Shown: one piece after another, positions 1-10,046 of the stretch | How positions within the stretch are numbered: position 1 is the first letter of the stretch | Layout of the letters: each line of letters begins with the position of its first letter | IMG/VR virus record: IMGVR_UViG_3300020413_000007 | DNA from: an uncultured virus (IMG/VR IMGVR_UViG_3300020413_000007) | Taxonomy: Duplodnaviria > Heunggongvirae > Uroviricota > Caudoviricetes | Length of the DNA stretch: 64,000 bases | Direction: 5' to 3' (one strand) | Position numbers and translations under genes: made by a program | Notes under the pieces: generated by a model | What the model was told of the DNA's origin: nothing | Databases searched by the model: none | Seen by the model: the letters and a program-made list of their open reading frames with translations, nothing else

Positions 1-146
1 CAGCAGAAGACCCAGAGTTCGAGACTTTCTATACAAAGAACATTCTTTTAAACGAAGGTATGAGAGCATGGATGTCTTCAGTGGATCAACCACATGAAAA
101 CTTCGTATTCCCAGAAGAAGTGTTACCTCGTGGTAATGCCTTGTAA
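1..146 (+). CDS. psbD: Photosystem II D2 protein, 3' end (partial)
   Basis: Frame from nt 3 reads [47 protein letters not shown], the D2 C-terminus. Confidence 0.97.
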   Translation, partial: AEDPEFETFYTKNILLNEGMRAWMSSVDQPHENFVFPEEVLPRGNAL

Positions 147-168
147 TTTACGAATTATATGTTATAAT

Positions 169-195
169 AAGGAGACCTTCGGGTCTCCTTTTTTT
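169..195 (+). terminator. Intrinsic terminator after psbD
   Basis: AAGGAGACC-TTCG-GGTCTCCTT perfect stem with UUCG loop, followed by a T-run. Confidence 0.9.
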
Positions 196-196
196 A

Positions 197-826
197 ATGC
201 CTTTATTTGAAGAATTAGATTTCAGAAATGTAAAAGTTACTGAATTTATAGTTAGACCAACTTCGATACAATACGTTAGAAATTTCGTAGAGAAGTGGCA
301 CTATTCTACAAATGTAAATGGTTTAAGAATTGCTCATGTGTTTGGATTATACTATGATGGTAATCTTATTGGTGCTATGATTTATGGTCCTCTTGCAATG
401 GCAAATACATGGAGAAAATATGGTAACTCTGAAAGTGAAGTTATTGAATTAAGAAGACTTTGTTGTATTGATAATACACCAAAATGTACTGAAAGTTATT
501 TTATTGGTAAAACAATCAGATGGCTAAAAAAGAACACTTCATATAAAACAATTGTTTCATATGCTGATGCTCATTACAATCATACAGGTGTCATTTATCG
601 TGCTACAAATTTTGAATATCATGGATTAACTTCTAAAGGTAGAGTTATTGATTACAATGGAAGGTTGTATCATGACAAATGTATCAGAACTTATTATACT
701 GATAAGTATGGTATAAAAAAATTAAAACCTTTCGCACAAAAAGTTAAAAATGCCTTGGATAATGGAGATGCAAATTACATCGATACGCCAGGCAAACATA
801 TATACGTTATGAGGTTATCAAAGTAA
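197..826 (+). CDS. Mom-like (GNAT-fold) DNA base-modification protein
   Basis: Motifs HYS, IELRRL, ESYFI, IVSYAD..HTG.IYRATNF.Y.G resemble the Mu Mom-like family. Confidence 0.75.
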   Translation: MPLFEELDFRNVKVTEFIVRPTSIQYVRNFVEKWHYSTNVNGLRIAHVFGLYYDGNLIGAMIYGPLAMANTWRKYGNSESEVIELRRLCCIDNTPKCTESYFIGKTIRWLKKNTSYKTIVSYADAHYNHTGVIYRATNFEYHGLTSKGRVIDYNGRLYHDKCIRTYYTDKYGIKKLKPFAQKVKNALDNGDANYIDTPGKHIYVMRLSK

Positions 827-830
827 CAAA

Positions 831-1040
831 ATGAGAGAGAAAATGATCAGTGCTCTCCTTGCTCATGCTCAAGGAGATATTCAGAAGCACAAAATGAATG
901 TAGAAGTTTACTTAACCAACCCTGTTGGTATTGGTGAGCATTCAAATGTTATGGAAGCAATTGAAGAAGAACTCAACATGATTGCAAAGTATGAAGATCA
1001 AGTCACAGTGATCAAAAAACATTTTATAATTAAGGATTAA
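831..1040 (+). CDS. Conserved cyanophage hypothetical protein
   Basis: ORF with NVEVYL.NPVGIGEH motif, familiar from T4-like marine phages. Confidence 0.75.
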   Translation: MREKMISALLAHAQGDIQKHKMNVEVYLTNPVGIGEHSNVMEAIEEELNMIAKYEDQVTVIKKHFIIKD

Positions 1041-1042
1041 AA

Positions 1043-1252
1043 ATGATTTTATTATCTTGTCCACCTGTATACACATTGCCTGGCACATGGACTAAATGTA
1101 ACGCCCTTATACCTCACTATACTGCTGATCCAAATGTAACCTTTGGCATTTCGATGTTAGTAATATTAGTTCTACTATCTGGGTTTGGTGTATACAGAGC
1201 ATTTTTTAACAACAAAGGTCTTACAGATCAATGGGATGAACATGATGATTAG
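1043..1252 (+). CDS. psbN: PsbN-like single-pass membrane protein
   Basis: TM helix followed by GFGVYRAF..L.DQWDEHDD, matching PsbN G.ALYTAFG..L.DPFEEH.D. Confidence 0.7.
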   Translation: MILLSCPPVYTLPGTWTKCNALIPHYTADPNVTFGISMLVILVLLSGFGVYRAFFNNKGLTDQWDEHDD

Positions 1253-1532
1253 TTTTTTATTTTCAATGGCAGGTTTATTAAATCTGTTATTTTACGTTTT
1301 TGCAATTGGTTTTGTTATCTCATTGATAATAGAACAAGTTCTTAAGTTTAGGCCTTTATCTGTTGATTCATCAATGAACGAACGAAATATGTTCATTGTT
1401 CAAACAAATAGAAGGTATTGTTGGAGACAGGCATGGGTAACTAATCTTTTTTGGTTTCTATGTAATGTTGGTTTATATGTTATCTCAAGAAATATGCAAA
1501 CACCATCAGACACATTCTGGAATGGATTATAA
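1242..1532 (+). CDS. Hypothetical membrane protein
   Basis: Two hydrophobic segments; start moved to the in-frame ATG at 1242 that overlaps the psbN stop. Confidence 0.65.
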   Translation: MMISFLFSMAGLLNLLFYVFAIGFVISLIIEQVLKFRPLSVDSSMNERNMFIVQTNRRYCWRQAWVTNLFWFLCNVGLYVISRNMQTPSDTFWNGL

Positions 1533-1554
1533 AAATAGACAGGGTAATATCTCA

Positions 1555-1562
1555 TATAAATA
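1555..1562 (+). promoter_or_regulatory. T4-type late promoter
   Basis: TATAAATA 22 nt upstream of a structural gene. Confidence 0.75.
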
Positions 1563-1584
1563 AAAATAAAAGTTTATATCAAGT

Positions 1585-3987
1585 ATGGCCTTTACAAAGG
1601 TACAATCTGGTTTTGTAGATTTAACGACCAGTTCTGGATTATCCGTAGGAACAGGAACAATTTCTGCGCCTGCGATAAATTTTGGTACGGCAAATACAGG
1701 TTTACTCGGAGATAATGATGAAGTAGCAATATCTGTTAGTGGAGCAAGAATCTTAACTGCAAAAAGTGGAAATCTTGGCATAAACACTTCCGCTCCATCT
1801 CATAGATTAGAAGTAGCTGGAACGACAAGAACATCATTTCTTTCATTACCTTCTCCAGGCTCAGGTAATGCTGGAATTAGTATTGATAGTTTTAACGCTG
1901 GTGATATTATAAGAAGAACAACTGCAACTGGATCTGGAACCAATTTAGGTATGATTTACAGTAGTGCTGTTCCATATTTGGCACATCATATGACCGCTAA
2001 TACGGATTCTGGAACATATGCAGAATATCCATTAAGATCTTCAAGCACTTCAGCTGTCAAAAGAGGTGCTATTATCGTTGGTAATCATGGTATTGCTTTA
2101 GGAACTGGTTTAACCTATACTGGTACATTAAATGGAGCAATTCCTCATACACATTTTACATATAATTTACACAATAGTGATGGAGATTTAGTACTAAATC
2201 AACATACAACAAATGATAGTGGAAATAGAGGAATATTTTTTAGAGTGAGTTCAGAGCAAGTAATGCCATTCACTACTTATAGAAAAGGTTTAATTAATTT
2301 TAAAAGAACTACAACTAATGGTAGAGGACAATTAGATTTTCATCTCGATGCTGGAGCCGATAGTACTTCTGTAGCTGTTGGAGATACAACTTCATTAAGT
2401 TTAGCATATGATCAAAATACTGTAGGTCTTCCAACTGAATTTGGTCCCGCAGAAAAATATGGTGATGTTGATCAAGGTAATAATTCAGGACCTACTGTTG
2501 CAGCTGCCCAATTAGCAAAAGGTAGACATTATATTCAATTACAATCTAATCATAATAATAACGAAAATAATTCAAATGATCCTGCTTGGATTGCTTGGAA
2601 AGGTTCTATCTCAAGAGGTGAAGCAGGTGGAGGTCCTGCTACAACTGTTCCTTTCGGTGGATATTGTGCAAGAATTGGTGGATATCGAGATAAAGTTAAT
2701 GATGGATCAACATCAATTGGTTGGGAAACTGTACAGAATGTAGGTACATTACCTCATACTATGACTCGTCAGATGACAATGAGATATAATGGAAGAATTG
2801 CAATGGGTAATAATTTAGTACCTGATTGTCATTTTGATATGGGTTCTGTAAATACTGCAATTCGAGTTCCAAATGGAACTACTGCTCAAAGACCAAGTAC
2901 AGCTGGTACTTCTGGACAACTAAGATATAATACTGATACAACTAAATTAGAATATAGTAATGGAACTAATTGGAATAATTTGGGTGCTGTAGCTCAAATT
3001 GAAACTACAAGTGGAGATGCTACATCAACCGCTGGTGGAAAAAGAACTGTAGAATTTAGAAGTAGTGGAACATTTAATAATACTGGATCTCCTCAAGTCG
3101 CTGAAATATTTGTAATTGGTGGCGGCGGAGGAGGCGGCGGAGGCGGTGCTAACTCTGGATCTACTGGTGGTGCAGGCGGTGGAATGGCCTATGGTAGTAT
3201 TGAAATACCATCGGGATCTTTCTCAGTTACAGTTGGTTCTGGTGGAACTGGTTCAATTGCTGCTGGAGGTAATGGTGGTGATGCACCAGCTGGTGGTGCT
3301 GGTGGAACATCTTCAGTTACAATCTCTGGTGTTACATTCCAAGCAACTGGTGGAGGAGGAGGTCTTGCTACCACAACTGGAAATGGTGGTGGTTCTGGAT
3401 ATAATGTTCAAACAGGAGCTAATGGAGGCACAGGAACAATTGGTGGAGGTACAAGTTACACAAGTGTTGCTATAAGAGATGGTACTAATATTACATCTGT
3501 ATATGGTACTGGTGGTAAAGGAGGTAATTCTGGTGGTATGGATGGTTCTGGAAACGGTCCTAATGCTACAGATGGTGATAATGGAACAAATGGAGGAGCT
3601 GGTGGCGGAGGCGGCAGTGATAATTTGGCTGACGCATCAAATACGGGTCCTTCTGGAGAAGGTGGTAATGGAAATGCTACTTACTTCACTGGTGGAGGAG
3701 GTGGCGGTGGCGCTGATGGTGATGGACAAAACACTTCAAACTTAGCTCAAGGTGGTACTGGTTTACATTCTGGTGGTAATGGAGGGGATGTTGACTCTTC
3801 TGCAACTGATGGAGCAGGCCCTAGTGGTGGTTCCAGAGGTCAAGATGGAACTTCTAGAAAAAATGCTGGAGGAGGCGGAGGTTCCTTTGGTGGTGGAGGC
3901 GGTGCTGCTGCTGATGCCAATAACTCTCATCAAGGACAAGGCGGATCGGGTGGTGGCGGTCTTGTAGTTATTAGATTTTTAATATAG
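1585..3987 (+). CDS. Tail fibre/adhesin with glycine-rich C-terminal domain
   Basis: SAPAINF and GNLGINT fibre motifs, GTTAQRP..G.LRYNT linker, long GGGGG-rich C-terminus ending GG.G.VVIR. Confidence 0.8.
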   Translation: MAFTKVQSGFVDLTTSSGLSVGTGTISAPAINFGTANTGLLGDNDEVAISVSGARILTAKSGNLGINTSAPSHRLEVAGTTRTSFLSLPSPGSGNAGISIDSFNAGDIIRRTTATGSGTNLGMIYSSAVPYLAHHMTANTDSGTYAEYPLRSSSTSAVKRGAIIVGNHGIALGTGLTYTGTLNGAIPHTHFTYNLHNSDGDLVLNQHTTNDSGNRGIFFRVSSEQVMPFTTYRKGLINFKRTTTNGRGQLDFHLDAGADSTSVAVGDTTSLSLAYDQNTVGLPTEFGPAEKYGDVDQGNNSGPTVAAAQLAKGRHYIQLQSNHNNNENNSNDPAWIAWKGSISRGEAGGGPATTVPFGGYCARIGGYRDKVNDGSTSIGWETVQNVGTLPHTMTRQMTMRYNGRIAMGNNLVPDCHFDMGSVNTAIRVPNGTTAQRPSTAGTSGQLRYNTDTTKLEYSNGTNWNNLGAVAQIETTSGDATSTAGGKRTVEFRSSGTFNNTGSPQVAEIFVIGGGGGGGGGGANSGSTGGAGGGMAYGSIEIPSGSFSVTVGSGGTGSIAAGGNGGDAPAGGAGGTSSVTISGVTFQATGGGGGLATTTGNGGGSGYNVQTGANGGTGTIGGGTSYTSVAIRDGTNITSVYGTGGKGGNSGGMDGSGNGPNATDGDNGTNGGAGGGGGSDNLADASNTGPSGEGGNGNATYFTGGGGGGGADGDGQNTSNLAQGGTGLHSGGNGGDVDSSATDGAGPSGGSRGQDGTSRKNAGGGGGSFGGGGGAAADANNSHQGQGGSGGGGLVVIRFLI

Positions 3988-3998
3988 AGGTTATTAAA

Positions 3999-4325
3999 AT
4001 GCATTATTTCGCAAAAATTGATCAAAATAACACCGTAACTGAGGTAATTATTGCTGAATTTAATTTCATTGCCTCTGGATCAGTAGGAGATCATGAAGAT
4101 TGGGTTCAAACATATCCAAATGGCGGTAAAAGAGGTAACTTTGCTGGTACTGGAATGAAATATGATAAGACTAAAGATGTTTTCTATACAGAAGCACCTG
4201 ATACCACATGGACATTAGATAACAATGGTCAGTGGCAACCACCAACAGCATATCCAAGTGATGGCAAGAATTATTCGTGGAATAAATCTAGCCAGGCTTG
4301 GGAGATAAATACTTCGGAAGGGTAA
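3999..4325 (+). CDS. Small tail-fibre-associated protein
   Basis: HYFAKI..N.V..VI, RGNFAG.G..YD, W.PP..YP.DG..Y.W motifs; follows the Gly-rich fibre gene. Confidence 0.7.
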   Translation: MHYFAKIDQNNTVTEVIIAEFNFIASGSVGDHEDWVQTYPNGGKRGNFAGTGMKYDKTKDVFYTEAPDTTWTLDNNGQWQPPTAYPSDGKNYSWNKSSQAWEINTSEG

Positions 4326-4334
4326 TAGACTGAA

Positions 4335-5636
4335 ATGAGTCAAACCAAAGCACAATTAGTTAATGATGTAAGACCTAACATGGCGTTAGGAAATAATACT
4401 AGTAACGCAGTGATGAATTGTGATACTGACGTTCAGTTGCAAATTTTTAGTACTGGCCATGGTCAATTAAAAATTCAAGGAGATGCTTCAAATGTTGGTA
4501 CTGAGGATAAAGAAGCAAGATTATTACTTGCGATAGATGGATCTAATTATGAATATGCTGCAATTAGATTAGGTAATTATGGTAGTTACTGGTACTCTCC
4601 CACTGTCAATAATGATAATGCTTTAATACTCTCTTGTGGGTCGTCTGGTTCAACTCATGGTGGTATTGTTTTTGAGACAACAGCAACCGCTCCTGCTGGA
4701 TCTGCCCCTCCAGTCTGGACTGAAGCAAAACCAAGAGTTCGTATTCCTAATAGTGGAGGTTTAGAAATATATGGAGAAGTTAGTGGTACTGGTAATACTC
4801 AAGTTCATCGTACTGTAAAACTCACAGGTGTTTCTGTAAATAATGAAGAGAGTCCAGCAAATAAAACAACTGGATTATATCTTGATAGTACTTCATTTTT
4901 TAGAGTGGCAACTGGTACTGAAGCTCAAAGACCAACTAGTCCAGCTGCTGGATATATGAGATTCAATACCACAAATTCTAATCTTGAAATTCATAATGGT
5001 ACTGGATGGGCATCTGTTGGTATTGTGGCACCAACTATATCATCTATTGCAATTGCTGGTGGTTTGAGTGTATTTGTGCCAGGTGGTGGAGAAACTGTAA
5101 CTGTAACTGGTGGAAATTTTTCTTCTGTACCCTCTATAATTTTAATTGCTTCTGATGGCACTGAATTTGCTGCAACATCTGAAGCTTTTACAAATACCAC
5201 TACAATGACATTTGTAACTCCAAATGTTTCTTCTAAAGGGCCAGGTGCATATGACTTAAAACTTAATAACCCTGATGGTGGTACTGTTACAATCGGTGAT
5301 TTTATTACTGCGAGTGGCGTTCCTGTTTGGACAACTTCTGCTGGAACAATAGTTGATCAAAATGAAGGTACAACTGTGAACTTTACTCTCGCTGCTACTG
5401 ACTCTGATGGTGGTGCTATAACTTATGCTGTAACCACTGGTAGTTTACCAAGTGGACTAAGCCTAAATGCTTCTACTGGCGTAATTTCTGGAACTTTACC
5501 ACAAGTAAGTACAGATACAAATACTAACTTTACTGTAACTGCGACTGATAATGAAAGTCAAACTACAGCTCGAGCATTTACTATTACAAACAGAGACATT
5601 TATGTAATGGGTTCATCATCACTATTCAACGGTTAA
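4335..5636 (+). CDS. Tail fibre protein with IPT/TIG and Ig-like (He_PIG) domains
   Basis: GTEAQRP linker, PTISSI..TVTVTG.NF, LP.GLSLN.STGVISGT; late-promoter-like ATAAATA at 4305. Confidence 0.8.
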   Translation: MSQTKAQLVNDVRPNMALGNNTSNAVMNCDTDVQLQIFSTGHGQLKIQGDASNVGTEDKEARLLLAIDGSNYEYAAIRLGNYGSYWYSPTVNNDNALILSCGSSGSTHGGIVFETTATAPAGSAPPVWTEAKPRVRIPNSGGLEIYGEVSGTGNTQVHRTVKLTGVSVNNEESPANKTTGLYLDSTSFFRVATGTEAQRPTSPAAGYMRFNTTNSNLEIHNGTGWASVGIVAPTISSIAIAGGLSVFVPGGGETVTVTGGNFSSVPSIILIASDGTEFAATSEAFTNTTTMTFVTPNVSSKGPGAYDLKLNNPDGGTVTIGDFITASGVPVWTTSAGTIVDQNEGTTVNFTLAATDSDGGAITYAVTTGSLPSGLSLNASTGVISGTLPQVSTDTNTNFTVTATDNESQTTARAFTITNRDIYVMGSSSLFNG

Positions 5637-5640
5637 ATAA

Positions 5641-8600
5641 ATGGCAAATCTTTTATCACGACAATGCAATAACACCAGTGGTGCAAATAGAAGAAAAGCA
5701 ACGTATTCTTTTTGGATAAAAAGGCATGATCTACAATATACTACTGCTGCTCAATATTTCTTAGGACATCGAAATGCTGAGAGTTCTGTAACTACACAAA
5801 GATTTGATTTTAGATTTAGAGAAAATAAACTATGGGCAATAAGTACAACTTCTTATATTTTTACAACTGATTCAATATTTTCAGATACGACTGCATGGTT
5901 TCATTTAGTTGTTGCTATAGACCAAGATCAGTCTTCTACAAATGATAAGTATAAAGTTTATGTAAATGGAAACTTATTAAGTACTGCTAATTTTACAAAT
6001 AAAGGTTTAACTTCGGGTGATTTAGGATTTGGTGGTGCAAATGAACTGATAACTATTGGATATTCATCATGGGATGATGCTGGTAGTGGTGATGTAAACT
6101 ATAGTATTGCACAATCAATTTATGTAAATGGATTACAATTGCCTGCAACAACTTTTGGCCAGACATCTGGTGGCACTTGGACATATAAGAGACCAGTTGA
6201 TATAAGAACTGCTGTTGCAGCTGCTGGTGGATTTGGTACAAATGGGTACTTCTTAAAAATGGATCCATCTGTCGAAAGTTATGGATCAACTCATAATTTT
6301 GCTCAATATCCTTGGAAAAGAGGATATAATATGTTATGTTATAATAGAAAGTCTGATAGTTCTGCAAATGATGGTTATATCACATCTAAAATTCAACCAG
6401 AAAGTAATGATGTAAAATATTCTGGATCTGCTTTATATTGTCCGTCAGCTTTTGGTGAGGAATTAAATGGTAGTGCTGGCGGTGGAATGAATCGTTTAAA
6501 CTCTGAAACTGGTTTAATTAATGGTAGTGATCAAGGACTAACTGTTTTAGCTGCAGCAAGTTCATGGACAATCGAAGCATGGATTAAGAAATCAGATCGT
6601 AGATATAATTCTTATGATGGTGCAGGCGTTTGGTTTAATATCAACAAAGCTGATGGAACTAATCGTTTACTCTTAAGAGAAAATAATGGTATGTCTAATG
6701 GATGGGATACATATGTTCAACCTCCTACTGGAACTAGTGGAGCTATTCAAGATAGTACTCATAGTGCATATAATCATGATTGGGAACATTTTGCTTTAGT
6801 ATGGGATGGAACTAATTATAAGTATTTTCAAAATGGTAAGTATATAGGAGTTATTGCTAATAGTGATAATGCTATTGAAGATGATTCCGTTATGGCATTG
6901 TTTAATGAGAGTGATAATGCCACTGGTGGATATAATAACTCTTCTGCTGGTGTTATGATTGATAGTTTAAGAATCGTTTCTGGTCAGACACTTTATACTA
7001 CTAGTTCTACAACTGTTGGTGCTCAAATATTTACGCCTGGAGATATTACAGATCCAGCAAACTTTACTGTTAATGGTGGTTCAAGTACTGCTTCTATAAC
7101 TGGTACTGTAACTCATTTACTATCTCTACCACAATCCATGATGGGTGAGTTATTAAATGATAAAGGTACAATAGCATCAGGTATTGATGCAAATTGGAGA
7201 CCACGTTGGGTTGCAGTAAGTGAAACTGGAGATAGTTACCCTCGATTAATTGGTGATTCTAAATGGGGTAAGTCATCAATTGCATTTGGAGAAGCTTTAG
7301 AATATGCTGGCACTTATAGTGGAGGAAGTTATACTAAGACATCTGGTAAACAAGGAGTTTTAGTAGAGGATAGAGTTGGATTTGCTGGTAGTACTCAAGG
7401 TGCTCAATTTGAAAACGTATGTAATGGAGATTTTACTATCGAATTTTGGTTTAAAAGTTATATGTCTATTAGTAGTGGAGGTTATCCAAGAATTTTTGAT
7501 TTATGTGGTGGAAATAATAGAAACTCATTTCAAATTATTTGTGCAGTTGATAGTACTAATGATGCTTCATCATATAACGCTAAACGAGGCGTTCCATTTC
7601 TTTGGATGGGTGGTAGTTCTGAGTTCCCAATTGCTGGTAATACTGGATCATATAGCGCCCCTGATGCGATAGATGGTGATGGTAAATGGCATCATTATGC
7701 AATTACAAGAAGTGGTAATGATTGGTATCAATTCTTAGATGGAAATTTATTTAAACATAATAATAATCCAAGTATATCGAGTGCTGCAACAACATCCTTA
7801 AATGTGAGAGCAAATTACCCAACAACTATAGGTTGCACTACCACTAGTATCAGTACTGCATTTACAGATACCGCCTTTCAGGCAGCAAACTTCCAAGGAG
7901 CAATTGATCAATTTAGATGTGTAAACAATCAATGTTTATATACTTCTAACTTTACGCCTGGCAACATAGGTTCTAAAACAACTTATACTACAACTGGATC
8001 AAACTCACTTAACATTACAGGTCAAGTTGTATCTTTATTAGATCCTGATGTTGAAGTTGTTGGAACTGATATGTCTACAAGTGACACAGTATCAAATAAT
8101 GGTTTTAATGATTATAATTTCTTGCCTGGTAATGCTACAAGTAAAGATATTCCAGACAATAATTTCTGTCAACTAAGTGCGGTTGGAGCTTCTGAGCAAA
8201 CAGGTCAAGTATATAGTATACTTAGTCATGCAAGTGGATTCTCAGGAGGATGGCCAAATAGTAGTAAATGTTCTGCGGTTGGTAATATTGGTGTTACCAA
8301 AGGAAAATGGTATTTTGAAGTGATTGATGGACAAAATAATATTGGAGATTGGGTAGGAGCTAGTGGCGGCCTTGGCATAGGTTGGGCAACAACTGATTTC
8401 CGAAAAGTAGGATCATTAGATATCGGATTTGAACAGAGTTGGAATCCTTATAGTGCTTCTGTTGGAGCTAGAATTGGATTTGATGGTACTAATGATAGAT
8501 TTGCTGCAAATAATCAACAATTTGATACACCTACAAACACAGGTATAGCTATTCTTTCTAAAAATGATAGTTTAACTCAAGATCCTCAATCAGGAAGAAA

Positions 8601-10014
8601 TTCAAACAAGATATGTTCTTTAAAATCAGATACCCAGAATGTAAAAGTAATGGGATTAGCGTATGATTTTGATAATGGACAGGTTACATATTATGTAAAT
8701 GGTCATCAAACTTTTCAAAGAAGCGATAGTTCGATTGGTAGATCAAATCAAATGTGGGCTCCATGTATTCAAATGGAAACTGGAAGCAGTTCTCACGATC
8801 ATGTACAATATAATTTTGGTGGATCTTCTCATCAAGTCAATCGAGATGCTAACTATTGTGATGAGAATGGTTATGGTAAGTTCATGTATAAACCACCTAC
8901 AGGATATCTTGCTTTATGTGATAAAAACTGGCAAACAGTTCATACACCACCTATTGCAGATGGATCTACTAAATTTAGTGCCCTTACATGGACTGGAAAT
9001 GGCGGAACTGGTAGATCATTTACTGGACTTGGATTTAAACCAGCACTATTAATTTGGAAAAAACGTACTGGAACTTCTGGTGCAAATGTTTGGTCTGATC
9101 GTTTAAGAGGAACTAGTGGAAATTCATATGAATCTGTAAGAAGTAATAATACAAATGCGGCAAATGATTCAAATTATATTGCATCATTTGATAATGATGG
9201 ATTTACTCAGGATACGAATACCACTATTAACGAAAATGGTGTACCTCTAATAGCTTGGTGTTGGAGAGCTGATGAAACATTTACTCCGACTGGAACTGGT
9301 ATTACATCTGCTTCTGGTCTTCGAGATACAGATGCTGGTTTTTCTATCTTAAGATGGACTGGATCTTCAAATAGTGGTGGTAACATTACTCATGGATTAA
9401 GTAAACAGCCAGAATTTGTAATTACAAAAAGATTAGATGATACATGGAATTGGGATATCTATCATGAAATGATAGGATATGATGGAACTCCAACTAGCAC
9501 TGCAAATACTTTGATATTTACGACTGCTACACCTCGAAGTGTATCTTATCCAGCTCCTGATTCAACAAATATAAATCTTTTGCATAATTTTACCAATGCA
9601 AATTCTGCTGAGATGATTGCATACTGTTGGCACTCAGTTCCAGGCTATTCTTCTTTTGGTCGATATCTATCTAATGCTGGTGATGGTACTATTGGAAGTG
9701 GAAATGAGCCATCAGATTTTATATATCTAGGATTCAAACCAGCTTTTGTATTAATAAAGGCTATCGGTGCTGCCAATGATTGGAGTATTCGAGATAAATT
9801 TAGAAGTCCTCAAAATCCTAGACAAAAAGTTCTTCGTTGGAATGCTGAAGCAAGTAGTCAAGCTGAGCAAGATGATGCTGGATATGCTATTGATTTTCTT
9901 TCAACTGGATTTAAAATTCGTACTAACGGTTCTGAACAACATAATCCTAATAATTTATTCATCTATGCAGCATTCGCTGATACACCATCACATCTTGCGA
10001 AAGCAACTAATTAA
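5641..10014 (+). CDS. Large virion protein with LamG/ConA-like and SPRY-like domains
   Basis: Three LamG-like units (T.S.WIK..W.H), GKWYFE SPRY-like segment, GFKP..W.K tail. Confidence 0.8.
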   Translation: MANLLSRQCNNTSGANRRKATYSFWIKRHDLQYTTAAQYFLGHRNAESSVTTQRFDFRFRENKLWAISTTSYIFTTDSIFSDTTAWFHLVVAIDQDQSSTNDKYKVYVNGNLLSTANFTNKGLTSGDLGFGGANELITIGYSSWDDAGSGDVNYSIAQSIYVNGLQLPATTFGQTSGGTWTYKRPVDIRTAVAAAGGFGTNGYFLKMDPSVESYGSTHNFAQYPWKRGYNMLCYNRKSDSSANDGYITSKIQPESNDVKYSGSALYCPSAFGEELNGSAGGGMNRLNSETGLINGSDQGLTVLAAASSWTIEAWIKKSDRRYNSYDGAGVWFNINKADGTNRLLLRENNGMSNGWDTYVQPPTGTSGAIQDSTHSAYNHDWEHFALVWDGTNYKYFQNGKYIGVIANSDNAIEDDSVMALFNESDNATGGYNNSSAGVMIDSLRIVSGQTLYTTSSTTVGAQIFTPGDITDPANFTVNGGSSTASITGTVTHLLSLPQSMMGELLNDKGTIASGIDANWRPRWVAVSETGDSYPRLIGDSKWGKSSIAFGEALEYAGTYSGGSYTKTSGKQGVLVEDRVGFAGSTQGAQFENVCNGDFTIEFWFKSYMSISSGGYPRIFDLCGGNNRNSFQIICAVDSTNDASSYNAKRGVPFLWMGGSSEFPIAGNTGSYSAPDAIDGDGKWHHYAITRSGNDWYQFLDGNLFKHNNNPSISSAATTSLNVRANYPTTIGCTTTSISTAFTDTAFQAANFQGAIDQFRCVNNQCLYTSNFTPGNIGSKTTYTTTGSNSLNITGQVVSLLDPDVEVVGTDMSTSDTVSNNGFNDYNFLPGNATSKDIPDNNFCQLSAVGASEQTGQVYSILSHASGFSGGWPNSSKCSAVGNIGVTKGKWYFEVIDGQNNIGDWVGASGGLGIGWATTDFRKVGSLDIGFEQSWNPYSASVGARIGFDGTNDRFAANNQQFDTPTNTGIAILSKNDSLTQDPQSGRNSNKICSLKSDTQNVKVMGLAYDFDNGQVTYYVNGHQTFQRSDSSIGRSNQMWAPCIQMETGSSSHDHVQYNFGGSSHQVNRDANYCDENGYGKFMYKPPTGYLALCDKNWQTVHTPPIADGSTKFSALTWTGNGGTGRSFTGLGFKPALLIWKKRTGTSGANVWSDRLRGTSGNSYESVRSNNTNAANDSNYIASFDNDGFTQDTNTTINENGVPLIAWCWRADETFTPTGTGITSASGLRDTDAGFSILRWTGSSNSGGNITHGLSKQPEFVITKRLDDTWNWDIYHEMIGYDGTPTSTANTLIFTTATPRSVSYPAPDSTNINLLHNFTNANSAEMIAYCWHSVPGYSSFGRYLSNAGDGTIGSGNEPSDFIYLGFKPAFVLIKAIGAANDWSIRDKFRSPQNPRQKVLRWNAEASSQAEQDDAGYAIDFLSTGFKIRTNGSEQHNPNNLFIYAAFADTPSHLAKATN

Positions 10015-10046
10015 AACCACTAAATAGTAAAAAAGTCTGACCTCTC

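Noticed and set aside
3100..3965. GGN-rich DNA repeats
   Set aside because: Explained by the glycine-rich coding sequence
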